64,000 nt of DNA from Candidatus Spongiisociaceae bacterium (GCA_965262915.1 OZ253564.1:3808001-3872000), one strand, 5' to 3'; shown: positions 32,233 to 43,167, counted from the first letter of the stretch. Notes: a model not told the origin generated them from the sequence alone. Made by a program: numbers and translations.

Positions 32233-32622
32233 TTAGCCGGAAGGCCAGTGTTGGACATCGAGTTCCGGCATCGGGAAATCGGAAACGTTCGCCGTGGCCA
32301 ACGCTGCGGCGATCCCGACGGCCGAGGATGCGATCAAGCAGTCAGCCTGGTGGAGGGTGACCCCGCGCTCGGCGAACTCACGACGCCAGCGGCCTGCACG
32401 CTGCGCTTCGGCGGCGCGGAGCGGCGCCAGCCGGAGAGCCCGAACCAGGCGACGAGCGGAAGGTTCCTCCTGAGACCGAAGACCACGCCAGATCTCCTCG
32501 ATCGAGATGGCCGATACCCACGGCTCGACACCGACGCGTCTGAGTCCCTTGATGCGACCGGCGGCGGGCCGTCCTCGGAGCGCGTCGATCAGCACCGTCG
32601 AGTCGAGCAGCAGCCGGGACAC
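32233..32622 (-). CDS. vapC: VapC PIN toxin
   Basis: LLDSTVLID, E..RG, ADCLIA, TANVSDF. Confidence 0.88.
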   Translation of the reverse strand: MSRLLLDSTVLIDALRGRPAAGRIKGLRRVGVEPWVSAISIEEIWRGLRSQEEPSARRLVRALRLAPLRAAEAQRAGRWRREFAERGVTLHQADCLIASSAVGIAAALATANVSDFPMPELDVQHWPSG

Positions 32623-32624
32623 GC

Positions 32625-32864
32625 TCAGCCCACCCGCCGAGGATCGCCTTTGCGCTGTGCCCGAACCCAACTCGCAGGACCGTCATCCCAGTCGTGGCCC
32701 GTGTCCGAAATGGTCCCCAACGATGCTTCTATTTCATCCCAACGACGCTCGTCATCCAGACCCCGACGGATCAATGCAGCGATGAAGGCGCTGCGGCGCC
32801 TCGGCCCCGCCCGCCGATCAAGGTCGGCCACGAGTTCATCATCCAGGTGTATGTGTAATCGCAT
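32625..32864 (-). CDS. RHH antitoxin (VapB-like)
   Basis: MRLHIHLDDELVADLDRRAGPRRRSAFI. Confidence 0.85.
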   Translation of the reverse strand: MRLHIHLDDELVADLDRRAGPRRRSAFIAALIRRGLDDERRWDEIEASLGTISDTGHDWDDGPASWVRAQRKGDPRRVG

Positions 32865-32960
32865 GTGTTCTTCTCTACACACTAGTACCGATCCACGGCT
32901 CCTACGGCGTCTTCCCGCTCGACGACCGAGGGAACGTCCGGATCAACCCAAGGTTGTCCC

Positions 32961-32989
32961 TTGTACTGTTGCGAGACATGGTGTACGTT
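32961..32989 (+). promoter_or_regulatory. Leaderless promoter of repeated TA cassette, copy 1
   Basis: TTGTAC-N17-TACGTT-N6-ATG; same geometry in all cassette copies. Confidence 0.7.
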
Positions 32990-32995
32990 GACCCT

Positions 32996-33253
32996 ATGGA
33001 CGATATCCAGTTCTTGCATGTGACCCGCGGATCCGGACCGGACGACGAGCAGTTGGCCGCCGCCATGGAGGAGGTCTACGAGGCCAGCTCCAAGGACCCG
33101 AACCGTTGGCACAACAACCCGGAGAAGCAGCGCGAAGCCCTCGAAGGTCTCGGCAGGCTGCTCGCCGAATGGCAGGAGGAGAACGGGGCCTTCACCGAAG
33201 AGGAACTCGCCAGGGCACGTGCCCGCAAGTCCGGTGTCGACGTTCGTTCTTGA
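32996..33253 (+). CDS. Cassette antitoxin-like protein, copy 1
   Basis: DEQLAAAMEE...DPNRWHNNPEKQREALEGLGRLLAEWQEENGAFTEEELARARA. Confidence 0.8.
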   Translation: MDDIQFLHVTRGSGPDDEQLAAAMEEVYEASSKDPNRWHNNPEKQREALEGLGRLLAEWQEENGAFTEEELARARARKSGVDVRS

Positions 33254-33632
33254 TGCGGGGGCGCTGATTGCGCTGGACCGCGGCAACCGTGAGCTGTTGT
33301 CGACCCTTCAAACGGCGTTTGAGGACGGCGACCGGGTCATAGCTCCCACCGGAGCCATCGGCCAGGCTTGGAGGAACCCGAATCGACAAGTCGCTCTGTC
33401 GCGTTCGCTCAAGCGCTGTGACGAGGTGCCGCTGGACGGATCGGCGGCTCGGGCGTCCGGACGGCTCTGCGGTCGAGCCGGCACCTCCGATCTGATCGAC
33501 GCCTCTATTGCGGTCGCCGTGGCGAATGCCACGCTCCGCCATGGTGATGTCGTACTCCTCACATCCGACTCGAGGGACATGAAGGACCTGCTCGCAGCCC
33601 TGGATGCCGACGCTAGAGTCGTCGCTGTCTGA
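33234..33632 (+). CDS. Cassette PIN-domain toxin, copy 1 (intact)
   Basis: VLDAGALIALDRG...GQAWR...SDLIDAS...LTSD..D. Confidence 0.82.
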   Translation: MSTFVLDAGALIALDRGNRELLSTLQTAFEDGDRVIAPTGAIGQAWRNPNRQVALSRSLKRCDEVPLDGSAARASGRLCGRAGTSDLIDASIAVAVANATLRHGDVVLLTSDSRDMKDLLAALDADARVVAV

Positions 33633-33826
33633 CCGCCTCCCAACCCTGATGGATGCGACATTGGCGACCGTCACCAACGGAGTCCGAGCCGGGCGGTGGG
33701 CGTGGATACCGCTGTCAACTCTCCTGGATCGCTGCCCCTCCACCACCGGATCATCTCAGCAGGAAGCCCATCTCCCCACCGTGTGACTCCACGACCGTGC
33801 CGGTGGACACCCTCTTGTGGGGGCGG

Positions 33827-34741
33827 TCAAGTCGAGGGTCGGGGCGTCACACCGAAGGTGAACAGGTCCGATCTGCTGTAGTGCCCGGCCACGTCGAGGT
33901 CGTACTTTCCCCGGATGGTGTTGGACGGATCGATCTCGGCCAGGAGGATCGTCTCGCTCCCGTAGTGAGGACCGGCCAGCACCTCTCCGAACGGGTCGAC
34001 GATGCAGCTTCCGCCCCGGGTCATCACCTCGTCGGGCGCCTCCCCGAAGACGGACGGGTAGTCGTCCGGGTAATCGGATCGGGTCGCATACTGGTTGGCG
34101 GACAGCACGTAGCAACGGCCCTCCACCGCGATATGCCTCATCGACGCGGTCCAACTGTCCCTGGCGTCGGCGGTCGGAGCGCACCAGATCTGGATGTTCT
34201 GGCGATACAGGGAGTAACGGAGGAGCGGCATGTAGTTCTCCCAGCAGATGGCCGCGCCGAGGTTGCCGTGCCGTGTCTCGTGGACCTTCAACGTCGAACC
34301 GTCACCGAAACCCCAGATGAGGCGTTCCGATCCTGTGGGCATGACCTTGCGATGCTTGCCGTACATACCCTCTTCGGGGGAGAAGAAGAGAACCGAGCAA
34401 TAGAGGGTCCCTCCGCCGCGCTCGATGACGCCGATCACTATGTCCAACGACAGGTCTCCCGCCATCTCGGAGAGTCCGTCGGTGATAGGTCCGGGGACGT
34501 CGATCGCCGATTCCCAGTAGCGAAGGAACATGTCGCGCCCGGCCTCGCTCCTCGATCCTACGACGGCGCCGAAATCCTGGCCGCGAGGGTATGCCGAGAG
34601 GAACGCTTCGGGAAACACCGCCAACTCGGCACCGGAAGCCCTGGCTCGTCCGGCGAGTTCGACGGCCTTGGAGAGCGTGGCCGCCGGCCGGAATGCGACC
34701 GGAGCGGCTTGCACGACTGCCGCGATGAAGGTCTTGCCCAC
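33827..34741 (-). CDS. Nitrilase / carbon-nitrogen hydrolase
   Basis: E-K-C triad: FPEAF, HRKVMPT, ICWENYMP; DVAGHYSR. Confidence 0.92.
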   Translation of the reverse strand: MGKTFIAAVVQAAPVAFRPAATLSKAVELAGRARASGAELAVFPEAFLSAYPRGQDFGAVVGSRSEAGRDMFLRYWESAIDVPGPITDGLSEMAGDLSLDIVIGVIERGGGTLYCSVLFFSPEEGMYGKHRKVMPTGSERLIWGFGDGSTLKVHETRHGNLGAAICWENYMPLLRYSLYRQNIQIWCAPTADARDSWTASMRHIAVEGRCYVLSANQYATRSDYPDDYPSVFGEAPDEVMTRGGSCIVDPFGEVLAGPHYGSETILLAEIDPSNTIRGKYDLDVAGHYSRSDLFTFGVTPRPST

Positions 34742-34937
34742 CCTCCGCCTCCTGGCGTGGGCGGCAACGACGGGAGCGAATCGGGGGCCACGCCGTTGCC
34801 TGTTACCGGACCGTCGTCACGACCCGTGCGGCAAACCTGATTGACACGTGTGACATACGCCGTATCGTGGCCTCGTTCCAGCGAGATTCCCATCCCTCTG
34901 AAAGGCTACCCAGGTTGGATTCGACGAAAGGGTTCCC

Positions 34938-35384
34938 ATGGCCAAGCGCAGATTCACCGATGTCGAGGCGTACCAGCACGCGGACGATCAGTACTACTAC
35001 CGCCCCGTCGTGGCGGGCGTTGAACTGTTCACCTACGTCGCCCACGTACCGGCCGGGGGCCACATGCCGGCCGACGCCGAGGAGGCGGAACTCTTCGAGC
35101 TCTCGCTGTTCATGCTGGAGGGCCAACTCGACACCGTGCTGGGTGACGAAACGGTACCGATTGCCAAGGGCGACGCGCTACATATCCGCCGGGGCGTGGC
35201 CTTCGGTGTCACCAACAATGGTTCAGGTCCGGCATCGTTCGTCCTGAGCTTCTCGCCCCCGCCCCCCAATGTCGATCTGGACACGATGAAGCAATCGGCC
35301 ATCGATCGTGGCCGGAACGTGATCGAAGCATCCGACGTGGAAGGTGTGGTCGGAGCCCTCTCGTTTCCCGGCACCGGGTCTTGA
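34938..35384 (+). CDS. Cupin-domain protein
   Basis: VPAGG...E..F.LEG...GDALHI..G. Confidence 0.75.
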   Translation: MAKRRFTDVEAYQHADDQYYYRPVVAGVELFTYVAHVPAGGHMPADAEEAELFELSLFMLEGQLDTVLGDETVPIAKGDALHIRRGVAFGVTNNGSGPASFVLSFSPPPPNVDLDTMKQSAIDRGRNVIEASDVEGVVGALSFPGTGS

Positions 35385-35422
35385 TCAACCGCCGGATGGA
35401 CTACGTGCGTAGGCTCTGAGAC

Positions 35423-36412
35423 GTGACCGACGCCGCGAACTACCGGGAGGAGACACGGCTCGTCGACGTTGAGGGAGCGGTACTTGCCGGAACCCTCACC
35501 CACCCCGCCGACGATGGACCGTGGCCGGTGACCCTCCTGCTGGGCGGAACGTTCTCCGACCTCCGTGACGCGGATGTCGACCCGAGGTTGTTCCCCGGTG
35601 CGCCCAAGCGTGGCATGTATGCCCTCCTGGCGCGTGGCCTGGCGGAAGCCGGTATCGCGTCCTACCGTTTCGACCGGAGGGGCGCCGGCGAGAGCACGGG
35701 CGAATTCGGTACGGGCCGCGCCCGGGAGGTGGCCGACGCGGGCGCCGTCTGGCAATGGATCCGGTCGCTCGACGAGGGCAGCGGGAAAGCGGCCATGCTC
35801 GGTCACAGCGCCGGCGCCTACGTGCTCTGCCGCGTGGCCCTGGAAGTCGGACAACCCGATGCGGCGGTCCTGCAGGGAGCGCTGTACCGATCGATCCCCG
35901 AGTTGCTGGAATACAACTACCGCCTCGTGCTCGACTACATGGAGACCGGAGAGGCGCGGACCCGATGGGTGCAAACCCATGCCCCCAAGGCCTACCAGGA
36001 CGCCCTGATGCTGGAATCGACCCTCGCCGCGCTCGAGAGCGGCGCCCGGACGGTCCGAGTGGAAATCGACGATGTCGCGGTCGAACGGGACCTCACCCCC
36101 CTCGCATACGACTTGGACCTCCCACCCGAGGACCAGTTCCGGCATCTCAGCGCCCCGACCCTCGTGTTGCACGCCGGCGAGGACCTCAACGTCCCGGTAG
36201 AAGACGCCTTCAACACTGTCCGGGCCCTATGGGCCGCCGGCAACCGAGAAGTGGAACTACGCATCGTCCCCGGGGCTAACCACTCGTTCCAACTGGACTC
36301 CGACGACTACGACATCAGGGTCCAGGAGAAGATCACGCTCCACAACTTCAACCGCCCCTTCCACGCCCTGTACCCGGCCGCCGTAATCGACTACCTGGCA
36401 CGCAATCTGTGA
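35423..36412 (+). CDS. Alpha/beta hydrolase
   Basis: RFDRRGAGES, GHSAG nucleophile elbow, HAGEDLNV, GANH. Confidence 0.85.
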   Translation: MTDAANYREETRLVDVEGAVLAGTLTHPADDGPWPVTLLLGGTFSDLRDADVDPRLFPGAPKRGMYALLARGLAEAGIASYRFDRRGAGESTGEFGTGRAREVADAGAVWQWIRSLDEGSGKAAMLGHSAGAYVLCRVALEVGQPDAAVLQGALYRSIPELLEYNYRLVLDYMETGEARTRWVQTHAPKAYQDALMLESTLAALESGARTVRVEIDDVAVERDLTPLAYDLDLPPEDQFRHLSAPTLVLHAGEDLNVPVEDAFNTVRALWAAGNREVELRIVPGANHSFQLDSDDYDIRVQEKITLHNFNRPFHALYPAAVIDYLARNL

Positions 36413-36536
36413 CCACGTAATATGAAGTACCGGTCGTTGTTGACACCCCCCGGTACGCCGCAAAACATGGACGCCGCGCGTGCGCGGGCTGATACAGTGT
36501 GGCTATCGAGGGAGTTCAGCCGTTCGGGAGAACGAC

Positions 36537-38180
36537 ATGCCCGGTTTGGCCTATTCAAGAGGCGAAGATACGACCCCCCTGTTGAGGGAGACCATCGGCC
36601 AGAACCTCGAATCGATGGTTGCACGGTTCCCCGACCGCGACGCCCTCGTGTCGGTGCATCAAGGAATCAGCCAGACCTACCGGGCCTTCGACGAGTCGGT
36701 CGACCTGCTCGCTATGGGCCTGCTGCGCCTCGGACTCGAAGTCGGTGACCGGGTGGGCATCTGGAGCCCGAACTGCGCGGAGTGGGTATGGCTGCAGTAC
36801 GCCACCGCCAAGGTCGGGGTGGTCCTCGTCAACATCAACCCCGCCTACCGGACCCACGAACTGCGCTACGTATTGACGCAATCGGGATGCCGGGTACTGG
36901 TCTCGGCACAGAAGTACCTTTCCTCGGACTACCGCCACATGGTCTCCGAGGTCGAGGACGATCTGGACGACCTGGAGCAGGTGATCTTCCTCGGCACCCC
37001 CGAGTGGGATGCCCTCATGGAGCCGTCGGAGGACGGGATGGACGAAGTGATGGCCAGCCGGGCCGCCACCCTGCACCACCACGACGCCATCAACATCCAG
37101 TACACATCCGGTACCACCGGGTTCCCCAAGGGCGCCACGCTCAGCCACTCCAACATCCTCAACAACGCCTTCTTCGTCGGTGAGTCGTGCGCCTACACCG
37201 AGGAGGACCGGGTCTGCATCCCGGTGCCCCTCTACCACTGCTTCGGCATGGTCTTGGGAACCCTCGCCTGCACGACGCACGGTTCCGCCATCGTGCTTCC
37301 GGGCCTTGGCTTCAACCCGGAGGAGGTTCTCACCGCGGTCCAGGAGGAGAGGTGCACCAGCCTGTACGGGGTGCCAACGATGTTCATCGCCGAACTAGCA
37401 CATCCCGACCTGCAGTCGTTCGACCTGTCGTCGCTCCGTACCGGGATCATGGCCGGCTCCCCGTGCCCGGTGGAAGTGATGAAGCAGGTGTTGAACGAGA
37501 TGAACATGACTGACGTGACCATCGCCTACGGCATGACCGAGACGTCCCCGGTGTCCACCCAGACGATGACCACCGACACCATCGAGCGGAGGGTCTCCAC
37601 CGTCGGCCGGGTCCATCCCCATGTGGAGATCAAGATCATCGACCCCGAAACCGGCGAGACAGTCGAGCGGGGTGGGGACGGCGAACTGTGCACCCGTGGC
37701 TACTCGGTCATGCTCGGCTACTGGAACGACCCGCAGCGGACCACCGAATCGATCGACGCGGACGGGTGGATGCATTCCGGGGACCTGGCCACGATGGACT
37801 CGGACGGCTATATGAACATCGTCGGGCGGATCAAGGACATGATCATCCGGGGTGGTGAGAACATCTACCCCAGGGAGATCGAGGAGTACCTGTACGGGCA
37901 TCCCGCCATCGAGGACGTGCAGGTCATCGGCGTCCCCGACGAGAAGTACGGTGAACAGGTCATGGCCTGGGTCAAGCTGCGCGAAGGCAGCGACGCGACC
38001 GGAGAGGACATCCGGGACTTCTGCCGGGGCCGGATCGCCCACTTCAAGGTCCCCAGGTATGTGAAGTTCGTGGACGGATTCCCGATGACCGTCACCGGCA
38101 AGATCCGCAAGGTGGAGATGCGGGAGATCTCCATCGCCGAGTTGGGGCTGGAGGACGCCGCCGGCATCAAGTCCGCCTAG
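36537..38180 (+). CDS. AMP-binding acyl-CoA synthetase
   Basis: [43 protein letters not shown]. Confidence 0.93.
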   Translation: MPGLAYSRGEDTTPLLRETIGQNLESMVARFPDRDALVSVHQGISQTYRAFDESVDLLAMGLLRLGLEVGDRVGIWSPNCAEWVWLQYATAKVGVVLVNINPAYRTHELRYVLTQSGCRVLVSAQKYLSSDYRHMVSEVEDDLDDLEQVIFLGTPEWDALMEPSEDGMDEVMASRAATLHHHDAINIQYTSGTTGFPKGATLSHSNILNNAFFVGESCAYTEEDRVCIPVPLYHCFGMVLGTLACTTHGSAIVLPGLGFNPEEVLTAVQEERCTSLYGVPTMFIAELAHPDLQSFDLSSLRTGIMAGSPCPVEVMKQVLNEMNMTDVTIAYGMTETSPVSTQTMTTDTIERRVSTVGRVHPHVEIKIIDPETGETVERGGDGELCTRGYSVMLGYWNDPQRTTESIDADGWMHSGDLATMDSDGYMNIVGRIKDMIIRGGENIYPREIEEYLYGHPAIEDVQVIGVPDEKYGEQVMAWVKLREGSDATGEDIRDFCRGRIAHFKVPRYVKFVDGFPMTVTGKIRKVEMREISIAELGLEDAAGIKSA

Positions 38181-38344
38181 TGGTCTGTCTGCAAAACAAC
38201 CTGGCGTGCTCTGCTTGCCATCGACGCTCCTCGCTGCGTTCCGCCTCCTCGACGTACGCTGCCGGTACGCTTTCGTCGGCGGGCCTTGCGAGGAACGGCA
38301 CTGCCTGCGCATACCACACCGCCATTTCACAGACAGACCACTAG
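38177..38344. mobile_element. MITE type C between convergent genes
   Basis: Perfect 15-bp TIR CTAGTGGTCTGTCTG / CAGACAGACCACTAG; each CTAG supplies a flanking stop codon. Confidence 0.75.
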
Positions 38345-39480
38345 CAGCACCTCGTAACCGACGGTGCCGAGCCGACCCCTCGAGGAAGGTTGTCCGCCGT
38401 CTTGCTGTGCCGGTCCAGCTTGTGGAAGAAGTCGCGATAGACAGCATCCCTATCGACATCCGTTGCTTCGCTCATGAGGGGCCGGTCGGGATGATGCTGC
38501 CAGATGAGGTCGCCGTCGAGGGTCGGTGTGGGTAGGAACATGGTCGGCACCCAGGTCGGGTCGATCAACCACGCGAAGTTGATGAAGTCCCAGCAGACCC
38601 AGGACTGGCCCGGGAAGGGCTCGACGAGCCGCTGAGCGCGCAGGCGGTTGTGCGTGTACAGGTAATGGAGATAGTTACCGATCTCTCCACGGCCGTTGAC
38701 CCACCGTTCCGACTCCGGCAGCGACATCACGAGTTGCTCGCCGATGTAATACCCCGGCAGGTACAGGAAGGGTACACCCGAGTCGAACAGCAGGCGCGAG
38801 GCGTGCTGGTCCTGCACCAGGTTCATCGAGGGCGAATTGCTGAACTTCACGAACGTCGGGAAGCCGGACGTCCAGGACACCACCATCCGGGTGATGATCT
38901 CCGGTTCCATCAGCAGCGCCGCGGCGATGTTGGTGAGAGCGCCGATCGCCACGACATGGAGAAGCCGATCGTCGTCGGCCATGGCGGCTTCGATGATGCG
39001 GCGGGCACCCTCGCTGTCCACGATGTCGTCGGGCGCCTCCATGAAACGGTCGGCTCCGCGGAAGGCCACCCCCTCCGAAGACATGCCGAGCCAGCCCATG
39101 ATGGTGCCGATCTCAGCGAACGACATCTCCATACCTTCGGCCGTCGTCTCGAAGCGGACATCCTCGGGGTCGATACCGGCGTCCCTCAGCCGGTGTACCC
39201 ACGCCGCGATGTCGTCAACCTCGGCGGCCGTCGAGTCGTCCACATTTGCCCGGGCCGCCGCCAGCAGCGGCTCCCTGAAGTAAGCCCGCGAGAACGGCGC
39301 GGCCACGATCGCCTCTATGTCAAGCCGTTCAGGCGACAGCAGCCCCCACGTGAGCGCGAACTGGTCATCGACCTCGTTCGCCGCATCCGTGTCGATGACA
39401 ACCCGAACCCTGCCGGGCTGCGGGGCCAGCATCTCCTTGCGACGATCGTCGCTGATATGGGGGAAGGTTGCTGTGCTCAC
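38341..39480 (-). CDS. Nucleoside hydrolase (IUNH) family protein
   Basis: IDTDAANEVDDQFAL, AIGALTNIA, CWD. Confidence 0.82.
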   Translation of the reverse strand: MSTATFPHISDDRRKEMLAPQPGRVRVVIDTDAANEVDDQFALTWGLLSPERLDIEAIVAAPFSRAYFREPLLAAARANVDDSTAAEVDDIAAWVHRLRDAGIDPEDVRFETTAEGMEMSFAEIGTIMGWLGMSSEGVAFRGADRFMEAPDDIVDSEGARRIIEAAMADDDRLLHVVAIGALTNIAAALLMEPEIITRMVVSWTSGFPTFVKFSNSPSMNLVQDQHASRLLFDSGVPFLYLPGYYIGEQLVMSLPESERWVNGRGEIGNYLHYLYTHNRLRAQRLVEPFPGQSWVCWDFINFAWLIDPTWVPTMFLPTPTLDGDLIWQHHPDRPLMSEATDVDRDAVYRDFFHKLDRHSKTADNLPRGVGSAPSVTRCC

Positions 39481-39522
39481 GGCGCCATATCGTAGTGAGG
39501 TCGCCTGGTCTCCGCGCGAGCC

Positions 39523-40605
39523 CTACCGGATCCGGTCGGCGATGGCTGTACCGACCTCGTCGGTGGTGTTGGTCCCGCCCATGTCGCGAGTACCAACTTC
39601 GCCTTCCGCCAGTACATCGGTGATTGCTATACCCACGGCATCGGCCGCTTGATGCTCACCCAGGTGGTCCAGCATCATCCGCACCGCTTCGATCGACGCG
39701 ATCGGGTTCACCCGCCGCTGACCCGTGTACTTGGGTGCGGAACCGTGGATCGGTTCGAACATCGACGGGAACCGATGCTCCGGATCGATATTGCCGCCGG
39801 CGGCGAAACCCATACCCCCCTGCAACATGGCGCCCAGATCGGTGATGATGTCTCCGAACAAGTTGGACGCCACCACCACGTCGAACCACTCCGGGTTCTT
39901 CACCATCCACATCGACAGGGCGTCCACCAACGCCATGTCGGTCTCCACATCCGGGTAGTTGCCGGCCACCTCGTCGAACACCGTGTCCCAGAACACCATC
40001 GAGTAGTTGAGCGCGTTCGACTTGGTGCAGTTGGTGACCCGACCGACCGGCGCCTCGGTACCCAGCTTGGAGCGCGACCGGGCCAGCTCGAACGAGTACC
40101 GCATGACTCGCTCGCAGCCCTTGTAGGTGAACACGGCCGTTTGCATCGCCACCGCGTCGGGGGTGCCCGCTTTGAAGATGCCACCCTGCGCGGCATACTC
40201 GCCCTCGGTGTTCTCCCGGACCACCACCATGTCCAGCGTCTCCGGTGTAGCTGTGCGGATCGGTGTTGCGACCCCCGGGTACAGCCGGATCGGCCTCAGG
40301 TTGACGTACTGGTCGAACCCGCGCCGTACCCCGAGTATCAACTCCAGCGACAAATGGTCGGGCACCTTGGACACGTCACCCACGGAACCGAGGAATATCG
40401 CATCGAACGCGGCCAGGGTGTCGAGATAGTCGTCCGGCATCATCTTCCCGTCGGCTAGGTACCGGTCGCAGCCCCAGTCGAACCATTCCGTCTCCACCTC
40501 GAAACCGTGACGGCTCGCCGTCGCCCTAAGAGCCCGCTCCGCCTCCTCCGACACTTCCGGACCGACACCATCCGCCGGAATCACAGCTATCCGATACACG
40601 CTCAA
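39523..40605 (-). CDS. Tartrate / isocitrate-isopropylmalate dehydrogenase family, copy 1
   Basis: IPADGVGPEV, QYVNLRP, RENTEGEY, KSNA, SNLFGDIITDL, FEPIHGSAP. Confidence 0.92.
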   Translation of the reverse strand: MSVYRIAVIPADGVGPEVSEEAERALRATASRHGFEVETEWFDWGCDRYLADGKMMPDDYLDTLAAFDAIFLGSVGDVSKVPDHLSLELILGVRRGFDQYVNLRPIRLYPGVATPIRTATPETLDMVVVRENTEGEYAAQGGIFKAGTPDAVAMQTAVFTYKGCERVMRYSFELARSRSKLGTEAPVGRVTNCTKSNALNYSMVFWDTVFDEVAGNYPDVETDMALVDALSMWMVKNPEWFDVVVASNLFGDIITDLGAMLQGGMGFAAGGNIDPEHRFPSMFEPIHGSAPKYTGQRRVNPIASIEAVRMMLDHLGEHQAADAVGIAITDVLAEGEVGTRDMGGTNTTDEVGTAIADRIR

Positions 40606-40825
40606 GACCCCTCACTCTCGGTACACCGCGGCACCGTAACACCGCTCCACACAACGGCTCAAACCGTCCGGCTAGCGGGAAAGGACCCTCACCCCCGTAC
40701 ACCACAAGAATGGACACCACTCGCCGCTCTCGCCGAACAGTGAGGAAGGCAGATTCGCGACCCTACACAGCCACAGCGAACTGTCAGCTCACCGGCTCGC
40801 GACGCGAAGATCGCCTAGTCGAGGC

Positions 40826-41059
40826 TACTTCACGACCCTTGAACACACCGGGATGACACCGTACGTTGGACGTATGCGCAGCGACAAGCTCAACGCCATA
40901 ACGTGTAGCATGCGTGAACACCGATCCCATGAGCAGCGAGCCGGGACCACCCCTAACGCATTGAGGGTCCGAGCATCCGGTCAACCGCGTGCTGGGACTA
41001 ACGCCGCCGACTTGACCGATCGTCGGCCTAACGTAGTTATACACCTCGGACAACCATGA
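40826..41059 (+). other. Cassette promoter plus decayed antitoxin 5' end, ORF coupled to rusA
   Basis: CTTCACGACCC-TTGAAC-N17-TACGTT-N6-ATG(40874), alignable to 55512-55580; ORF ends in ATGA overlap with the rusA start. Confidence 0.65.
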
Positions 41060-41438
41060 TCGATTTTGTCGTGCGGGGCACACCCAGATCGCAGCAGGCG
41101 AAGAACAAGAAGGGCTGGATAGAGCGAGCCCAAAGGGCCGTTCCGTCCACCGCCGACCTTCTCGAAGGCCCGCTGCGCGTACGGATCGATTCTTCTTCAG
41201 GGGCTCAACCGACCTGGACACCGACAACATCATCAAGCCGATCCAAGACGCGCTCAAGGAAATCCTCTACGATGACGACGAGACCGTCGTAGACGTGTGC
41301 GCCCGCAAGATCAACCTCTACCGGCTCCCTACTATCCTCAGTGTCCCAGACAAGCTGCTACGAGCATTGGAAGATTTGTCGAGTGACTTCGTGTTCGTAA
41401 GAGTCGCGCCCGCGCACCGTAGTCTGGCCTTCACATGA
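41056..41438 (+). pseudogene. RusA-like endonuclease, frameshifted (1 nt missing near 41190)
   Basis: Shifted frame gives FFRGSTDLDTDNIIKPIQDALKEILYDDD, the RusA DxDNxxKxxxDAL...DD motif; ends ATGA. Confidence 0.78.
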
Positions 41439-41528
41439 GCAACCGATTAGCAGCACTACGCGCCCTTGATCGTGTACGAGCGCGGTACGAGGAGGAGGGG
41501 TACGAAGTCACCGTCGGGCAACGGCTAC

Positions 41529-42317
41529 CTAGGGCGTGTTCACGTTTCTGAGCGTGTCGTGTATGAGCGCGAGGGTGATGAATGCTAGGAACATCACGTC
41601 GAGTTTGTCGTAGCGGGTGAAGACACGCCGGTAGCCTTTGAGCCGTCGGAAGAGCCGTTCGACCTCGTTCCGTCGCTTGTATATCGGACGGTTGTAGTCC
41701 CACGGGTGGCGGCGGTTGCTTCGGGGTGGGATGACCGGCGTGTAGCCCAGAGCGACGGCCAGTTGCCGTGTTTCGTCCCCTTCATAGGCGCGGTCCGCTA
41801 CCAGGAACAGCTCTAGCTGCTCCCCTTCCTGCTCCTTTTTTCGTGGGCCCATCTTTTTGAGGAGCTCCCGCCCATGGGGAGCATCATGGTCCTGACCTGG
41901 GGAAAGAGCGAATAAGACGGCGCTACAAGCGCTGGCCGCGACCATGTGGATCTTGGTGTTCAACCCTCCCCGGGAGCGACCGATGGCCTGGGGACCCCGC
42001 TTTCGGAGAGCACCACAGCCGTCGGGATGAACCTTGACCGACGTGCTGTCCAGGCCCAGAACTTCGAGGTCGATGAGCTGTTCCTGCTGTAGACGCTGGA
42101 ACACCCGGTCCAAGACGCCGCTGGCCGCCCAGCGGCTCATCCGCATGTAAACGGTGTGCCAGTTCCCGAACCGTTCGGGAAGCGCCCGCCATTTGCAGCC
42201 GTGCTCCAGTACGTACAGGATGCCGTTGAGGGCTTGGAGGTTGGATACCTTGACGGTACCGCGGGGTTTCGGGAACACGTCTACTATGAGTTGGTATTGT
42301 TCTTGTGTTATTGTCAT
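41529..42317 (-). CDS. IS5-family transposase
   Basis: WRALPERFGNW.TVY, LDST, SRGGLNTKIH, ADRAY, YKRRNEVERLF..LK.YRR..TRYDK. Confidence 0.95.
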   Translation of the reverse strand: MTITQEQYQLIVDVFPKPRGTVKVSNLQALNGILYVLEHGCKWRALPERFGNWHTVYMRMSRWAASGVLDRVFQRLQQEQLIDLEVLGLDSTSVKVHPDGCGALRKRGPQAIGRSRGGLNTKIHMVAASACSAVLFALSPGQDHDAPHGRELLKKMGPRKKEQEGEQLELFLVADRAYEGDETRQLAVALGYTPVIPPRSNRRHPWDYNRPIYKRRNEVERLFRRLKGYRRVFTRYDKLDVMFLAFITLALIHDTLRNVNTP

Positions 42318-42364
42318 ATCGTAATGATATCACATCAGTGTAACTTTAGGTGAACACGCCCTAG
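41529..42364 (-). mobile_element. IS5-family element, copy 1 (836 bp including both CTAG)
   Basis: TIR GGCGTGTTCAC / GTGAACACGCC flanked by duplicated CTAG. Confidence 0.95.
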
Positions 42365-43167
42365 TCCATTCGAGGGATTCCAAGCGGACGCCGTCGCCCG
42401 ACGGGATAGCGAGACCATCATAATCGAGATCCGCTCTTCCGATATGAGCGACGTTGTTCGCAATCGCTTCGATCGCCTGGCCGACATCCTCGCCTCCGAG
42501 GCAGGATGGCGGGTCGATCTCGTTACGTTCGACCCTGAAGCACCTCTCCCGAAGCCAGATACGGCTGACGTTGTCCGTCGTGTCGAAGAGGCCCAGCGGG
42601 TTGCTGACTTGTCCCCCGACGCGTCTGTCTTGCTGACGTGGTCGGCTGTGGAAGGCACACTGCTGGACCTGCAGACCCGGCGAGATGCAGCTCGCCGCGA
42701 CCTTCCTCCGGCACGCCAACTCATCCTCGACTTGAAGATTGAGGGTATTCTCAGCGACGCTCAAGCCGACCGTCTCGACCGGTTCGCCAAACTCCGTCAC
42801 GAGATTGCCCACGGGCTACGATCTCGAATGGTCAACCCTGATGAACTCGATTGGGCTGCCCGCTTCGCGCTCGCAGCCACCGAAGGGCAGGTCGCCACGA
42901 TCGAGAACATGATCGAGTGGTTCCGCGAGAACTATGAACCTCCAGATGTCGCCGGCCTCCCATACGACTCAGAAGATGGCAAGTACATGTGGTTTGATCG
43001 TGGACCGCACTACGTCGACGACGTGTTGTGGGAGCACTTTGGTAGCGCCATCGAGTCGGACGTCACCGAAGCCGCGGAGATCCTTGAGTACGAGGGCGGT
43101 GTTCGATGGGCGAAACGTCACCACGGGTGAATCCCTCGTTCGGACCTGATCGACCCCAACTCGGTAG

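Larger units (their letters stand above)
41435..43130 (+). pseudogene. REase (AHJR-like) + HEPN-like protein split by IS5
   Basis: Removing the IS and one CTAG restores YEEEGYEV...LPSPFEGFQADAVARR..ETIIIEIR in frame with 42444-43130, which has RHEIAH (R-x4-H). Confidence 0.75.
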
